Shown: positions 61,721-64,000 of the stretch, in pieces
Layout: each line of letters opens with the position of its first letter
Numbering within the stretch: the first letter of the stretch is position 1
Source: Octopus sinensis
Lineage: Eukaryota
Direction of reading: 5' to 3'
Length of the DNA: 64,000 nt
Assembly: GCF_006345805.1 (NCBI RefSeq)
Contig: NC_043007.1
Location: 28,396,001 to 28,460,000, forward strand
The notes under the pieces: model-generated
What the model saw: the letters and a program-made list of their open reading frames with translations, nothing else
The model's database searches: none
Told to the model about the DNA's origin: nothing
Position numbers and translations under genes: made by a program

Positions 61721-63347
61721 TAATTATTGATATTGTCACTACCATCATCATTATCAACAACAATAATTCCACATTCACTATTTCCTTCGCTAATTTATGT
61801 AACTGTCTGTTTGGTTGGCAAACAGTTTCCATTCTTACCTTATGCTCAAATAGAGGCAAATATTCATTCTGTTCTTGGTTTCACCTATAACTTATAAAAG
61901 CATGTCATTGAACAGCCTTTATGTGTGTGTGTGTGTGTTTGAGTCCTTGAGGACAGAGATGATAATGTTGTATTACTGATCAAGGGTGAATAGTTTCCAT
62001 TGTACTATCAATGCTGTATTGCGTCCATAATCAAACATTTTTACTTACACTACCTCAGGCGACGTGGCTCTAAATAGATCACTTAGAGAAGAGAGGAATG
62101 AAGTGACTGTATAATTGATGAATGTATTGCTGTTAATTAGTTAAATACATTAACAAGACTTGATGCTTGTTCTCAAACAGTTCTCTATTACTACATTGAC
62201 AAACATTTTTGTTTGTTTACTTTGTCGTACAATCTCTACTTCTGAGACTTCATTGATGCTTGATAAAATAGAAACTTGTACAAAGTTGTCCTCCCATACT
62301 AGCTGGAAAGAAAATAAAAATATACAGTATTAATAATTGATTGATGTAATTCACAATAAACAGAAATACTTGACTTTAGATGAAGGTGTACATTATTATA
62401 AATTGAATGAATAACTCCTAGTTTATGATTTCAAATCTGCTGTTTCTGGACCCAACTGGCTCTGGTAAATTAATTACCTCACTGAATTGTCACCAACTGA
62501 CAATCTGGCATTGTTAATACACTAACACCATACCCAGGGGATTCATTTATTTGTTCCTGCATGTTCTGTGACTAGAACTAACCCATGGCTATCAGGATTC
62601 CCTCAAACATTAATACACATTGATTTTAGTGTCTACAGGTTTGGCTGTATCAGTAGAGCATTAGACAAAATGGCTTGCAACATATGTTTCAGCTCTTTAC
62701 CTTCAGATTTCAAATCCCACTCAGGTCATCTTTACTTTTCATCCTTCAAGCATCAGTAAAATAAAGTACCAGTCATTACTGGTGTCAATATAGTCAGCTG
62801 TCCATTTATATCAAGGCAGTCATCATAATCATCATTTAACAGCTGTTTTTCATACAGACATAGGTTGGATGGTTTGACTAGAGCTGGAGAACCTTCCAGG
62901 TTCCACTTATCCGTTTTGCCATGGTTTCTGTGGATGTCCTTCCTAATGTCAACCACTTTACAGAGTGTAATAGGTGCTTTATGTGTGGCACCAGCGCGGG
63001 TGCTTTTATGCATGGCACTATGCTGGAATTTTATTATGGTGTTTGGCAACAAAAATCTCCACGAATCTCGAGAATCTTCCCTAGGATTCTTGCAGAAAAT
63101 GTGGTATCAACACTATAAAGGGAATTACAAAATCTATGACCTTACACTGTTTATTTTGTCCTCAATATTCATGTCTGGTCTTCTTTCCTCAATAGTATCC
63201 AGCATCTCCAATTTATTAGCTGAATTGGTCATGCAATTTCCTCTCTTTCTAGCTATTTGTCCTGTTCCTTCTGGCCCAGAGGCTTTTTGATTTGGTATTT
63301 CCCTAAATATCTTTTTAATCTGTAGTATTTATACTCCTTATTATTAA

Positions 63348-63770
63348 GCCAGTTTGCTGGCAGAATTGTTAGTATGCCAGGCAAAATACTTAGCGACATT
63401 TCATCTATCCTCATGTTCTGAGTTCAAATTCTGCCAAGGTTGACTTTGCCTTTCATCCTTTCAGAGTTGATAAATTAAATACCATTGAAACTCTTGGGTT
63501 GATGTGATTGATTTATCCCCTCCCCAACAAATTTCAGTCTTTGTCCCTATAGTAGAAAGAATTATTATTAAATGGCAGGCTGACAGATTTGTAAGCACAT
63601 TTGGCCAAATGCTTAGCGGCATTTGAGTTCAAATTCCGCCAAGGTCAACTTTACTTTTAATCCTTTCAGGATCGATTAATTAAGTACCAATCAAGTACTG
63701 GGACCAATTGACTTACCCCCTCCCCACAAATTTCAGGTCTTGTACCTATATTAGAAAGGATTATTATTAA
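63348..63770 (+). mobile_element. Two tandem copies of the second SINE family
   Basis: Copies at about 63348-63570 and 63571-63770, each ending in (ATT)n. Confidence 0.7.
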
Positions 63771-64000
63771 ATGAGAAAGCAGGACATGCCATCAAAGTGA
63801 CACTGGGGTGCAAATATATGAAGCCCAATATACCCATCTTAACCACCCATCTGGTAAGGATACACCAGGCACATGCATCATAACCATATGTGCACAACAT
63901 GATGATCTCATGTCAAGATAAATAACATATGACCTTGCTGGTGGGGCCCAGCTAGAATTTTCTTTAGGTTGAGTAGCCCATCCCACTCAAACGGTCCCTG

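Overview
AT-rich, repeat-dense animal genomic DNA, probably Octopus or another coleoid cephalopod (inferred from the RTE-LINE, SINE and microsatellite landscape). I rebuilt three intron-containing genes by hand from splice signals. (1) A 10-exon, 320-aa selenoprotein L (SELENOL/SelL) on the minus strand (CDS 44162->19982). Exon 5 has two in-frame TGA codons in a thioredoxin-fold UxxU motif (RHFA-U-LP-U-RKHV), and a SECIS-like stem-loop starts about 4 nt after the stop codon in a tiny last exon. The supplied ORF track stops at the first TGA, so it hides this gene. (2) Sec23 (COPII) on the plus strand, head-to-head with SelL across an apparent short bidirectional promoter; 8 coding exons lie in the window and the gene runs off the right edge. 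(3) A 2-exon TEX55-like (RIIa/Dpy-30-type docking domain) gene on the minus strand with RFX X-boxes next to its start. The rest is transposon debris: RTE LINEs with a 63-bp VNTR in the 3'UTR, a Merlin element with an intact 8-bp TSD, a DD37D maT element, mariner, CR1, R4/Dong and Penelope-like fragments (one followed by a hammerhead-ribozyme motif), Helitron-like 3' ends, MITEs, SINEs and microsatellites. All calls come from reading the sequence; no searches were run, and TE boundaries are approximate unless a TSD or TIR is given.
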